Shown here: positions 1 through 8,727 of the stretch, in pieces
Layout: the number at the start of each line of letters is the position of its first letter
How positions within the stretch are numbered: position 1 is the first letter of the stretch
NCBI GenBank assembly: GCA_035653595.1
Contig: DASRBO010000075.1
Location: 1 to 22,509 of the forward strand
Direction of reading: 5' to 3'
Source: Acidimicrobiales bacterium
Lineage (GTDB): Bacteria; Actinomycetota; Acidimicrobiia; Acidimicrobiales; JAJPHE01
DNA: 22,509 nt
Made by a program: the position numbers and the translations under genes
The notes under the pieces: generated by a model
What the model was told of the DNA's origin: nothing
Database searches by the model: none
What the model saw: only the letters and a program-made list of their open reading frames with translations

Positions 1-622
1 GGCGAAGGTCCTCGTACCGCAGCTCGATGTAGCGGTCGGGGAACGCCCTTGCCTCGGTCGCCCCCACGACGTGGGCCCGCCACATGAGAGCCGCCGCCGC
101 TGCCGAGCGAGGGGCCCACGATCTGCCCCAGCTGCGGGCGACGTCTACCAGGCTGGTCACCACGCTCCGTGGGTCGCGGATGATATGGATGTAGAGGGCC
201 CCGGGCACGACTCGCTCTATGTAGGGGACGACCAGACTGTTCGACGGCGTCTTCTCGACCACGGCCCGGGTCGCCGGGGCCGCCGACATCACCCGGTCCA
301 CGATCGGCTGGAGGAGGCCGGCCAGCGCTCTCTGCACCTCGGCCTCGGTCAGACAGGCTGGGAGCCCGACCAGGCGGTCAGGAGGCGCACACCCCCTGCT
401 GAGGCTGTCCACCGCGGCCGACACCTCGGCTCGCTGGCGGTCCCAGGTTTGCAGCAGCGGATACACATAGAGGGCGAAGAGGTGGGGCTCGGGCATGGTG
501 GCGACGAGCGGGTGGCTGGCCAGGAGGTGCTGGAGCCAGGTCGTGCCGCTCCGGGGCGCGCCGAGGACGACCACCATCCGGGGTGAGCCGGGCTCGGGGG
601 TCGCGTCGGTCACGTCCGGCAT
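1..622 (-). CDS. Sulfotransferase family protein (PAPS-dependent). It is 5' complete, and its C-terminus runs off the window start.
   Basis: Manual reverse-complement translation from the ATG at 622 gives MPDVTDATPEPGSPRMVVVLGAPRSGTTWLQHLLASHP...IHIIRDPRSVVTSL...YIELRYEDLR. The 5'-PSB P-loop-like motif (PRSGTTW) and the 3'-PB motif (RDPRSVVTS) are typical of cytosolic-type sulfotransferases. It is missing from the ORF track because it runs off the edge. It lies tail-to-head with the methyltransferase upstream on the same strand. Confidence 0.75.
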   Translation of the reverse strand, partial: MPDVTDATPEPGSPRMVVVLGAPRSGTTWLQHLLASHPLVATMPEPHLFALYVYPLLQTWDRQRAEVSAAVDSLSRGCAPPDRLVGLPACLTEAEVQRALAGLLQPIVDRVMSAAPATRAVVEKTPSNSLVVPYIERVVPGALYIHIIRDPRSVVTSLVDVARSWGRSWAPRSAAAAALMWRAHVVGATEARAFPDRYIELRYEDLR

Positions 623-665
623 CGGACTGGTCTCTACCCGGTGACGTGGGGTCAGCGAAGGTCTC

Positions 666-1318
666 CTAGTGGAACTCCGCCATCACCTGGCCGCGAGGGT
701 GGTTCCAGTCGCCGATATAGCGGAGGTCCCAGCCACTGGCAGCCGCGAACAGCTCGAGGTCCTCCCGCCTATACCGGAAGGTCCCGTGGTCGTGGGACTC
801 CGCCGGGTTGTCGAAATCACCGAGGGCGGGGAAGAACGTGGCGAAGCATCGGCAGTCAGGAGCGTAGGCCCGTAGTTTCGTCAGGCAGTCCACGATCGGA
901 TCAGCCGTGAGGTGGGTGAACAGGGATGGGCCAAGGCGTAGTCAGGTCGCTTGGTGAAGAGGTCGAACTCGAAGGAGCCGGAGACGACGAACTCCGGGCG
1001 CCTCTCGTCCTCTAAGCCGGCGGGAAGCTCCTCCCGTCGGCCGAGCTGGATCAGTTCGGCCTCCTTGTCGATGCCGAGGTAGTTGCCCGGTTCGAGGTAG
1101 GGGATGAAGTGGACCCCGCCCCGGAGCGAACCGCAGGCGATGTCGAGCAACACATGATGCGGGGCCAGGCCCTGGCTCACCAGGAACTCGAACTGAAGCT
1201 TGCCGATCTCGTCCCACAGGCCGCCCACGTAGGCCCGGTGCCCCAGGGCGGCGATGCCAGCCGGGCCCTGCTCGCTCAGCCTTCGGCGGCACAGAGCGTG
1301 CGCCACCCTCGTCCTCAT
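666..1318 (-). CDS. Class I SAM-dependent methyltransferase, interrupted by an apparent -1 frameshift near 921-930.
   Basis: The N-terminal frame is the tail of the 881-1792 ORF, starting at the Met at 1318: MRTRVAHAL...LLDIACGSLRGG...YLGIDKEAELI...FDLFTKRPDYALAH. This carries the Gly-rich motif I and the acidic post-I motif. The C-terminal part continues in another frame (the 666-893 ORF, extended upstream): SLFTHLTADRIVDCLTKLRAYAPDCRCFATFFP. The frame switch falls in a C-run (cccatccctg, RC of 921-930). Confidence 0.6.
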
Positions 1319-1548
1319 CTTCACCACGGTGTCAGTTACGGCGCGCCGGCCCGGATCTTGCGGTTGGAGGGCCAACTTTATTGAGGGGGGAGCCGGCCGG
1401 GGTGACCCACCGTCGCCAACCCTCACGCCTGGAGGGCCTGCCCCGCCCGTGGGGAGACCGGCCGGCTCGATGGACGTAGGGCTCGATGCTGATGTAGGGA
1501 CAGCCGCTGGAAGGAACTTCGGCGGTGCCCGGATAACATCGACCGACG

Positions 1549-2742
1549 ATGAGAGTCCTTCTTGTGTCGGACTTCGTCTTGCCGGTGCGAGGAGGCTTGG
1601 AGGTCTACGTCGCCAATCTGGCAGCGGAGCTGTCGGCCCGAGGTCACGAAGTCCACATCGCCACCTTGACCGACGATCCCGAGCCGCAGGCGGGCGTCCG
1701 GTTGCACACCGTCCGGTCATGGTCCTCGAAGCTGATCTCCCATGCGGACCCCGATCGGCCCTTCGCCGTCCCTGTTCCCGACTTCCGGTCACGGGCCGAC
1801 CTTGAGCGAATCGTCCGGTCCACTCAGCCAGACGTCGTCCACGCCCACACCTGGTTGGGGTGGTCGCTGCGCTCCAGGACCGACACCCCCGTGGTGATGA
1901 CCGTCCATGACTTCGCCCCGATCTGTCAGCTGAGGACCCTCTGGCGCCCCGAGGGCAGGACGTGTGCCGGCCCGAGCTACCTCGATTGTCTGAGGTGCGG
2001 AGCGGCGTCGATGAGCCCCCTCCGGTCGCTCGGTCTCGCCTCGGCGACCGTGGCCGGGCGCCACCGGATGCGGCCCTCCGCCCTCATGGTGCTGAGTCGC
2101 TGCATGCAGACGACCCTGGAGCCGTACTTCGACATGCCGATCGAGGTGATACCTGGCTTCGTGAGCCCTCAGCCGGACGGATCAGGTGTGGCGGCCCAGT
2201 TGCCTCCGGGTCGTTTTGCCATGTTCGCCGGCGACCCCGGGAGGCACAAGGGCCTCGACCTGCTGCTGGACATTTGGAGGAACGATCCCCCTGCGGGCCT
2301 CGATCTGGTGGTGGCCAGCACCCGGGCATCCGAGCTTCCCGTCACCCCGGGCGTCCACCTGCTTCGGCTGACCCCTCAGCAGATGCCGTCGGCCTGGTCC
2401 CGCGCCACCGTCGCCCTGGTGCCCTCCCGCTGGAAGGAGGCGTTCGGGCTCTCCGCCATAGAGGCGCTATCCGCCGGCACGCCGGTCATCGCCAGCGACT
2501 GCGGGGCCTTGCCGGAGTCGGTGGAGTCCGGCAGGAACGGCCTGGTCGTCGCGCCGCAGGACAAGCTGGGCTGGATCCGGGCCATTGCCTCCGTAGTCGA
2601 GGACGGTGGGCTCCACCGGCGACTCGCCGACGGCGCCCGGGCCAGTGCCGCCCGGTGGGCACCGACGACGGTGGTTCCGCAGATCGAAGCGGTGTACCAG
2701 CGAGTTCTGCAACGCCGCCGCGCTCAGCCAGCAACCGTGTGA
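1549..2742 (+). CDS. Glycosyltransferase family 4 (GT-B fold, retaining).
   Basis: 397 aa. The N-terminus is MRVLLVSDFVLPVRGGLEVYVANLAAELSARGHEV. The C-terminal half carries the EAFGLSAIEALSAGTPVIASDCGALPESVESGRNGLVV EX7E-type GT4 signature. GC3 is high. Confidence 0.85.
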   Translation: MRVLLVSDFVLPVRGGLEVYVANLAAELSARGHEVHIATLTDDPEPQAGVRLHTVRSWSSKLISHADPDRPFAVPVPDFRSRADLERIVRSTQPDVVHAHTWLGWSLRSRTDTPVVMTVHDFAPICQLRTLWRPEGRTCAGPSYLDCLRCGAASMSPLRSLGLASATVAGRHRMRPSALMVLSRCMQTTLEPYFDMPIEVIPGFVSPQPDGSGVAAQLPPGRFAMFAGDPGRHKGLDLLLDIWRNDPPAGLDLVVASTRASELPVTPGVHLLRLTPQQMPSAWSRATVALVPSRWKEAFGLSAIEALSAGTPVIASDCGALPESVESGRNGLVVAPQDKLGWIRAIASVVEDGGLHRRLADGARASAARWAPTTVVPQIEAVYQRVLQRRRAQPATV

Positions 2743-2926
2743 GCTGAAGCTGTCTCAGCGCAGCCGTCGCACCCTCTTCGAGCCCTTCCGGAACCGCCGC
2801 TCCGTCGGACGGCCCACCTATCATTTGCCGACCGCCGGGCGGGTCGGCGACCGGGGAGGAGGAGCGATCAACCCCACACCAGCGGCTATCAGCCGCCCGG
2901 GCCTGATCCGATCGCGCTCCGCCGGT

Positions 2927-4744
2927 GTGTTGACAGCCGTCACCCTGCTCGTGGGCGCCGCCGTCCTCCGGGTGGCCTACTCGATGGCGGAGAGGTCGTC
3001 CGGCCATGGCCACTTCGCCGTGTTCTGGGCTTCATATCTCCTGGTCGTAGGGGCCGTCGCCGCCTACGCCTGGTTCCGGGCTTCGAACCGCCTGGCAACG
3101 CTCGCCCTCCTCGGGGGCTTCGGCATATACACCTACCTGCCCAAGCTCCTGATGAGCCTGCACGGACCCGTCTACTACGACGAGTACGGGCACTACCGGC
3201 ACCTGCAGGACATCCTGGCCACCCACTCGGTCAACGTCGACAGCACCTATCTGCCCATCGTCAAGTACTTCCCCGGCCTCGAGCTGGTGACGGCGGCCGT
3301 GCACGAGGCGAGCCGCCTGACGACCTGGCAGGCCGCCCTGATCGTCATCGGCGCTGCCCACGTGGTGACTCTTGTCGCCGTGTGGCAGCTCGCTCTCGCT
3401 CTGCGGCTTCCCGATCGATGGGCCGTTCTGGCGGCAATAGTCTTCGCCTCGAACCCGAACTTCACCTACTTCGACACCGAGTTCGGTTACGAGTCCCTCG
3501 GCCTGGCCCTCGCTCTGGTCAGCATCGTCATGTTCGTGCGGGCTCGCCAGAGCCGCACCGCGGGGCGGGCGTGGGCCTGGACAGCCGGAACCATGCTGTT
3601 GTCGGGCGCGACCATCTTCACCCACCATGCCTCGGCCGCCTTCATGTGCGGGATCCTGCTTACGCTCGCTCTGGCCTTTCCTCCGCTTCGCCAGGACCGC
3701 CGGCAGCGGGCGACCGTGATCGGGCCCTGGGTCGCCGCGCTTGGTGCCACCGTCGGCCTGACCCTGTGGGTCGATCTGGTGGCGACCGGCACCTACGCCT
3801 ACATCGCCCCCCATGTCCACAACGGCCTGGTAGGCGTGTTCGACGTTTTGACCGGACAAAAGCAGGTGGTCTCCAGCGGATCCGGTCGGGTCACGGTCAG
3901 CCCCGGCCACCACCTCTTCGCCGGCGCCGGCGTCCCGATTTACGAGATCGTCTGCGCCTTCATAACACCGGTGGTGGCTCTGGCCGTGCTGGCCGGCGCC
4001 CTCATCGGCAGCTGGTGGGAGCGGGACTGGCACGACGAGATCCGGCGCCGGCTCCCGTTCCTGCTGCTCGGGCTCCTCTACCCGCTCTCCCTCCCGCTGG
4101 CCCTGACGATAAGCGGAGGGGAGACCGCCCACCGGCTGTGGACCTACGCCTACATCGGCCTGGCGCCGTGCGTCTACTGGGCGTGGCCTGTCTACCAGAA
4201 GGCCATGGCCCGGCTGCGGGTCGCTCTGGCCCCTTCCGCCGCGCTGCTTCTAGTCCTTCTCCTCGTCGCCGTGGTCGGCAACGTCGCCTCGGGGGAGGAC
4301 GTCTACTACCGCTTCCCGGGCCCGTACCTGTTCGGCACCGACACCCGGTCACACACGGCGGAGACCTACCAGCTGGCGGACTGGCTCCGTCGGCATCTGC
4401 GGCCGGGGCAGAACGTGGTGACCGACCGCGACACCGGTGAGGTGATTACCGCCTACACCCGTCTCGACACCCCGGCTCCCGCGAACACTCCGGTATACCA
4501 GCTCTACCTCCAGGGCAACCGACCGTCTCCGTCCCTGCGGCGATACCTGTCGGAGTTCGGCTTCTCGTACTGGGTCTTGGACCTGCGGATCGCCAGGGAC
4601 CGACCGGTGCAGACCCTGTTCGCCACCTACGCCGGCCCGTCGAGCGTCAACGCCTCGGCCATCCTGCAGGCGGGCCATGGCAGCAGCTTCCTGACCGTGA
4701 CCCACCGCACCAGGGACTATGAGGTACTTCGGATCTCGAGCTGA
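2927..4744 (+). CDS. Large polytopic membrane protein. It is a putative GT-C-fold glycosyltransferase or polysaccharide polymerase-like protein with a C-terminal soluble domain.
   Basis: The ORF at 2606-4744 is open from 2606, but the first 137 nt overlap the upstream GT4. The likely start is the GTG at 2927, the TTG at 2930 or the ATG at 2984, downstream of ggaggagg at about 2856. The product has more than 10 predicted hydrophobic helices. An acidic YYDEYGHY motif sits in the first extracytoplasmic loop, as in GT-C enzymes. The C-terminal domain of about 150 aa is hydrophilic. Confidence 0.65.
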   Translation: MLTAVTLLVGAAVLRVAYSMAERSSGHGHFAVFWASYLLVVGAVAAYAWFRASNRLATLALLGGFGIYTYLPKLLMSLHGPVYYDEYGHYRHLQDILATHSVNVDSTYLPIVKYFPGLELVTAAVHEASRLTTWQAALIVIGAAHVVTLVAVWQLALALRLPDRWAVLAAIVFASNPNFTYFDTEFGYESLGLALALVSIVMFVRARQSRTAGRAWAWTAGTMLLSGATIFTHHASAAFMCGILLTLALAFPPLRQDRRQRATVIGPWVAALGATVGLTLWVDLVATGTYAYIAPHVHNGLVGVFDVLTGQKQVVSSGSGRVTVSPGHHLFAGAGVPIYEIVCAFITPVVALAVLAGALIGSWWERDWHDEIRRRLPFLLLGLLYPLSLPLALTISGGETAHRLWTYAYIGLAPCVYWAWPVYQKAMARLRVALAPSAALLLVLLLVAVVGNVASGEDVYYRFPGPYLFGTDTRSHTAETYQLADWLRRHLRPGQNVVTDRDTGEVITAYTRLDTPAPANTPVYQLYLQGNRPSPSLRRYLSEFGFSYWVLDLRIARDRPVQTLFATYAGPSSVNASAILQAGHGSSFLTVTHRTRDYEVLRISS

Positions 4745-5936
4745 GAGGACGGTGACGCCAGCGCCCCCCGCCGCTTCGAACCCGCCGGACGGGGCGCTGC
4801 GGATCCTTGTCGTCGGCCCCAGCTACCGCTTCGCCAGCGGAATCTCCGCCTACACCCACCGTCTGAGCCACGCCCTGGCCGAACGCCACGAGGTGTCGGT
4901 GCTGCTGCTGCGCCGCCTGGTTCCGAGGCGCTTCTACCCCGGCTCGGGGCGGGTCGGGCACGATCTCTCCTTCCCCAGCTACCGGCGGCTCTCCCACTTC
5001 GACGGCATCGACTGGTATTGGGGCCCCTCCCTGGTCGGCGGGATCCGGTTCATGCGGCGGTCGCGCCCCCAGGTGGTGCTCTTGCAGTGGTGGACCCTGG
5101 CGGCCCTTCACACCTACCTCGCCCTGGCCCTGCTTGCCCGGCTGGGAGGGACGCCGGTGGTCATCGAGTTCCATGAGGTCCAGGACCCGGCGGAACAGGC
5201 GCTCACCGGGGCCCGGCGCCTCAACCGGTTGGGCCTGAGCCTGCTCGTGCGCTCGGCGCGGGCGGTCATAGCCCACAGCGACGAGGACCTGCGCCTGGTG
5301 AGGTCGGAGGTCGACCTGGGCCCAAGGCCGGCCGCGGTGATCGGCCACGGTCCCTACGACCATCTGGTGGGGCCGGAGGACCCCGGCGACATGACTGCGC
5401 CGCCCTCCTCCGACACCCGGCTCCTGTTCTTCGGGCTGATCCGGCCCTACAAGGGGGTCGAGGACCTCGTCGAGGCCTTCGGGCGCCTGCCGGAGGAGGA
5501 GGCCGCTCATTTCCGCCTCACCATCGTGGGCGAGACCTGGGAGGGTTGGACCCGCCCAGCGGAGTCGATACGGGCCAGCCACTACTCCGAGCGCATCCGG
5601 TTCGTCAACCGTTACGTCCCCGACGACGAGGTCGGCCGCTACTTCAGGGATGCCGACGCCCTGGTCCTGCCTTACCGACGGGCGTCGTCCAGCGGGCCCC
5701 TGAACATCGCCCTGGCCGCTGGCCTACCGGTGGTGCTCTACGACGTGGCCGCCCTGGTCAAGGCGGTCGAGGGCTACGAAGGAGCCATCATCGTGGCCCA
5801 AGGAGACATCGACGGGCTCGGGCGAGCCCTCGGCCAGGTGCGAAGCCTCGGCGGTCGCCGGTTCACTCCTCGGAGAGGTTGGGCGCCGACCGTCGGCGAG
5901 TACACCTCGTTCCTGAACGAGGTCATCGGGCGGTGA
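4719..5936 (+). CDS. Glycosyltransferase family 4.
   Basis: 405 aa. The N-terminus has RILVVGPSYRFASGISAYTHRLSHALAERHEV, and the C-terminus has YKGVEDLVEAF...PYRRASSSGPLNIALAAGLPVVLYD. The ATG at 4719 overlaps the upstream stop by 26 nt. An in-frame alternative GTG lies at 4752. The stop TGA at 5934-5936 overlaps the next gene. Confidence 0.8.
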   Translation: MRYFGSRAERTVTPAPPAASNPPDGALRILVVGPSYRFASGISAYTHRLSHALAERHEVSVLLLRRLVPRRFYPGSGRVGHDLSFPSYRRLSHFDGIDWYWGPSLVGGIRFMRRSRPQVVLLQWWTLAALHTYLALALLARLGGTPVVIEFHEVQDPAEQALTGARRLNRLGLSLLVRSARAVIAHSDEDLRLVRSEVDLGPRPAAVIGHGPYDHLVGPEDPGDMTAPPSSDTRLLFFGLIRPYKGVEDLVEAFGRLPEEEAAHFRLTIVGETWEGWTRPAESIRASHYSERIRFVNRYVPDDEVGRYFRDADALVLPYRRASSSGPLNIALAAGLPVVLYDVAALVKAVEGYEGAIIVAQGDIDGLGRALGQVRSLGGRRFTPRRGWAPTVGEYTSFLNEVIGR

Positions 5937-5944
5937 AGGTGGGG

Positions 5945-7051
5945 ATGGTCACGCCGGCCTACCCGCCGGCGGTGGGTGGAATCGAGGCCCACGTCGCCAG
6001 TCTCACCGAGGCGCTGTCGAAGCTCGGCGTCGAGGTCCAAGTGATCACGCAGGCGTCCGGGCCCCTCAGGCGCAATCCCGCCCTAGTCGAGTTTCGCCGG
6101 CTGCCGATGACCGGGGTCTACCAGTTCGCCCCCGGCCTGCTGCCGTGGACGCGACGCCACCGACGGGACTTCGATCTGTTCCACCTGCACGGCTATCACG
6201 CCGCACCGGCTGGTCTGGTCGCCCCGCTGGTGGGGGGAACACCGATCGTTCTCACCCCGCACTACCACGGCGCCGGGCACACGCGATTGGCGCGAGGCAT
6301 GCACCGGCTCTACGGGGCGGTCAACCGGAACCTGATCCGGCGGGCCCGGGCGGTCATCTGCGTCTCGAGCGCCGAAGCCGATCTGCTCGAGGATCGCTAC
6401 CCATGGGTGCGACCCAAGGTGGAGGTCATCCCCAACGCCGTCGGATCCGAGGGGTTGCTCTCCGCAGCCGCCTTCGAGACCGACAACCCGGTGGTACTCA
6501 CTGCGGGCCGGCTGGTGGGATACAAGAACACCAGGCTGGTGGCAGAGGCGGTGGCCGCCCTCCGTTCGCCTGTGTCACTGGTGGTCGCCGGAGACGGACC
6601 GGAGCGGGCCGATCTCGACGATCTCGCCCGGCGTCACCCGGCCATCGAACTGACCGGTTGGCTGCCCCGCCCCGAGCTGGACCGCTGGTTCCGCACGGCC
6701 AGCATCTTCGTGACCCTGTCAGAGCACGAGGCCTTCGGGATGTCCCTGCTTGAGGCCCTGACGGCGGGCTCGTGGGCGATCGCCTCCGACATCCCCGCCC
6801 ACAGGGAGGTGGCCGCCCTCTGCGGGGCCGAGGACCGGGTGACCTGGCTGCGGCTGCCCTGCACCGCCGAGCAGGTCGGCCGGGCCCTGGAGGACCGGTT
6901 GGCATCCGGTGGTCGCCCGCCGCCCCTTCCCAGAATCTGGGACTGGGGGGAGGCGGCCCGGCGCACGGCGGCCCTCTACCACCGGTTGGTGACCTCTCCA
7001 GAGGTTGCCAGGCCCGCCGGCGGGGTACGTGGCCGCCGTCGGGTGCCATAG
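5945..7051 (+). CDS. Glycosyltransferase family 4.
   Basis: The N-terminus MVTPAYPPAVGGIEAHVASLTEALSKLGVEVQVITQ is a classic GT4 start. LSEHEAFGMSLLEALTAGSWAIASDIPAHREV is the EX7E motif. An RBS gaaggtggg precedes the ATG at 5945. An alternative GTG at 5933 overlaps the upstream stop as GTGA, which suggests translational coupling. Confidence 0.85.
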   Translation: MVTPAYPPAVGGIEAHVASLTEALSKLGVEVQVITQASGPLRRNPALVEFRRLPMTGVYQFAPGLLPWTRRHRRDFDLFHLHGYHAAPAGLVAPLVGGTPIVLTPHYHGAGHTRLARGMHRLYGAVNRNLIRRARAVICVSSAEADLLEDRYPWVRPKVEVIPNAVGSEGLLSAAAFETDNPVVLTAGRLVGYKNTRLVAEAVAALRSPVSLVVAGDGPERADLDDLARRHPAIELTGWLPRPELDRWFRTASIFVTLSEHEAFGMSLLEALTAGSWAIASDIPAHREVAALCGAEDRVTWLRLPCTAEQVGRALEDRLASGGRPPPLPRIWDWGEAARRTAALYHRLVTSPEVARPAGGVRGRRRVP

Positions 7052-7071
7052 GGGGCCCCGCCTGAGCGGGG

Positions 7072-8604
7072 ATGGTTAAAGCGGTCAAACCTAAGATAAG
7101 CCCCCTCGGAACCGATACCTGGCGTGTGCCGGGCGATCGTTCTCTGAGGGGCGTCCGCGCCCTGGTCGCTGCCCTCGCCGCCTTGGCTCTACTGGCGTCC
7201 TCGGCCTGGGGGCTCAGCCGAGCGGCAGCCGCTCCCAAGCGGATACCGGTGAGCGGTCTGCACATCATGAACTACTACCCCTCCGACGACGGGTGGACCT
7301 TGATGTGGACGGACTACTCCCACGCCACCACCGTGTCGGACTTCCAGGCCCTGGCGTCTCTGGGGGCGAACACTGTCCGGGTCATAGTCCAGCCCTCGGC
7401 GGTCGGGTACCCGTCGGTGACCACGACCATGAGAGCCGAGTTCGACGACATGCTCGGCGTGGCGGCGGCGACCGGGCTGCAGGTGCAGCTGTCCCTGTTC
7501 GACCAGTGGGGCAACTACTCCGACATCAGCGGCTCGGAGCAGTGGGTGTCCTCGTTGCTGCAGGGCATGGGGAACGACAACATCATCGACCTGGTCGAGC
7601 TGCGCAACGAGATGCCATTGACCCCCGCCGCGATCGCCTGGGCCCAGCAGTTGCTCCCTTACCTGTCGAAGGTCCTGCCCGGGGTGCCCCGCACGGTCTC
7701 TTCCTCGGGAGCCACGGGGCTGGCTGGGGTTACCGCCCTTCTGAACGCCATTCCCAGCTCCATGTTGGACGTGGTCGATGTCCACTACTACGGCGAGCCC
7801 AGCCTGGCCTTCGCCGAGCTGACTGCTGTCAAGGCAGAAAGCGGTGGTCGGCCGGTGATCGTCGGGGAGACCGGTGAGAGCACCTATGGGACCGCATCGG
7901 GCGAGGTGGCCCAGGCCCGCTACTTCGCCATCATGGCGCAGACGACCCGAGCCCTGAACATGCCCCCGCCGGCCCCGTGGATGCTCAACGACGTCATCCG
8001 GGCGGCAGGCGAGACCCTGACCACCGGCGAGGAGTACTTCGGCCTCCGGCGGCCGGACGGGACCTGGAAGCCGGCCGCGACCATCGTGCGGGAGGCCTTC
8101 GAGGGACAGGCCGTCAGCGGGAGCGCGTTCGACACCAGCCTGCAGGCGGAGGCCAACAACGGCGGCAGCACCCTTCTGGGGGCCTGGTCCGCCTTCGACT
8201 CCGCTGACGGCCTGCCGGTGGTCACTCCTGGGATTCCGACTCCCGGGCTCCAGGCGGTCTGCTACCAGAACACCGGTGGGAGCACCTCGGACAACCCCGC
8301 TCTCGAGCAGTCGCTCCCGATCTTCACCTCGGGCCAGGAGGTCTCCGTGTCGGCCACCCTCCAGCGCACCGGGACCGGCTTCGACCAGGTGTCCATCGCC
8401 TACTACAGCGCCGGCGGCAGCTACCTGGGCGAAGCGGACTCGCCGACCGCCAGCCTCATCGGACCTCAGGAGACCCTGTCCGTTTCCACGACGGTTCCGC
8501 CCGGCGTCGCCGCCGTTGCCATCAACCTCAAGGCGGCCCACCAGTCCGGTCAGGCCTGCTGGGAGTCGACGACCATCCAGACTCCCAACCTCATCACCAG
8601 CTGA
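7072..8604 (+). CDS. Secreted glycoside hydrolase of the GH-A clan (GH5-like TIM barrel), with a C-terminal beta-sandwich (putative carbohydrate-binding) domain.
   Basis: A signal-peptide-like N-terminus reads RSLRGVRALVAALAALALLASSAWGLSRAAAAP. The putative acid/base motif is VELRNEMPL (NEP-like) and the nucleophile motif is RPVIVGETGEST. The C-terminal domain of about 130 aa has 2 Cys. The start is uncertain: the ATG at 7072 sits in an unusually AT-rich stretch, and an in-frame GTG at 7126 is an alternative. Confidence 0.65.
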   Translation: MVKAVKPKISPLGTDTWRVPGDRSLRGVRALVAALAALALLASSAWGLSRAAAAPKRIPVSGLHIMNYYPSDDGWTLMWTDYSHATTVSDFQALASLGANTVRVIVQPSAVGYPSVTTTMRAEFDDMLGVAAATGLQVQLSLFDQWGNYSDISGSEQWVSSLLQGMGNDNIIDLVELRNEMPLTPAAIAWAQQLLPYLSKVLPGVPRTVSSSGATGLAGVTALLNAIPSSMLDVVDVHYYGEPSLAFAELTAVKAESGGRPVIVGETGESTYGTASGEVAQARYFAIMAQTTRALNMPPPAPWMLNDVIRAAGETLTTGEEYFGLRRPDGTWKPAATIVREAFEGQAVSGSAFDTSLQAEANNGGSTLLGAWSAFDSADGLPVVTPGIPTPGLQAVCYQNTGGSTSDNPALEQSLPIFTSGQEVSVSATLQRTGTGFDQVSIAYYSAGGSYLGEADSPTASLIGPQETLSVSTTVPPGVAAVAINLKAAHQSGQACWESTTIQTPNLITS

Positions 8605-8609
8605 GCCAA

Positions 8610-8626
8610 CGCGCCGCTCCGGCGCG
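8610..8626 (+). terminator. GC hairpin downstream of the hydrolase gene.
   Basis: cgcgccg-ctc-cggcgcg is a perfect 7-bp stem, followed by cattctcc. It sits 6 nt after the stop at 8604. Confidence 0.4.
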
Positions 8627-8727
8627 CATTCTCCTGCCCATCGACCCGCCTGCTCAGGACTTTGGTCCCTGCCGGTTCGCCTTCGCTTAATCCGATGATG
8701 GACGCAGTTCAAACAACGGAGAGCGAT

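Noticed and set aside
3032-5582. Minus-strand ORFs (3032-4132, 4002-4352, 4349-4705 and 4647-5582) and the plus-strand ORF 3382-4440.
   Set aside because: All are antisense or off-frame relative to the polytopic membrane protein and GT4 genes, which have clear domain motifs. Their composition is low-complexity.
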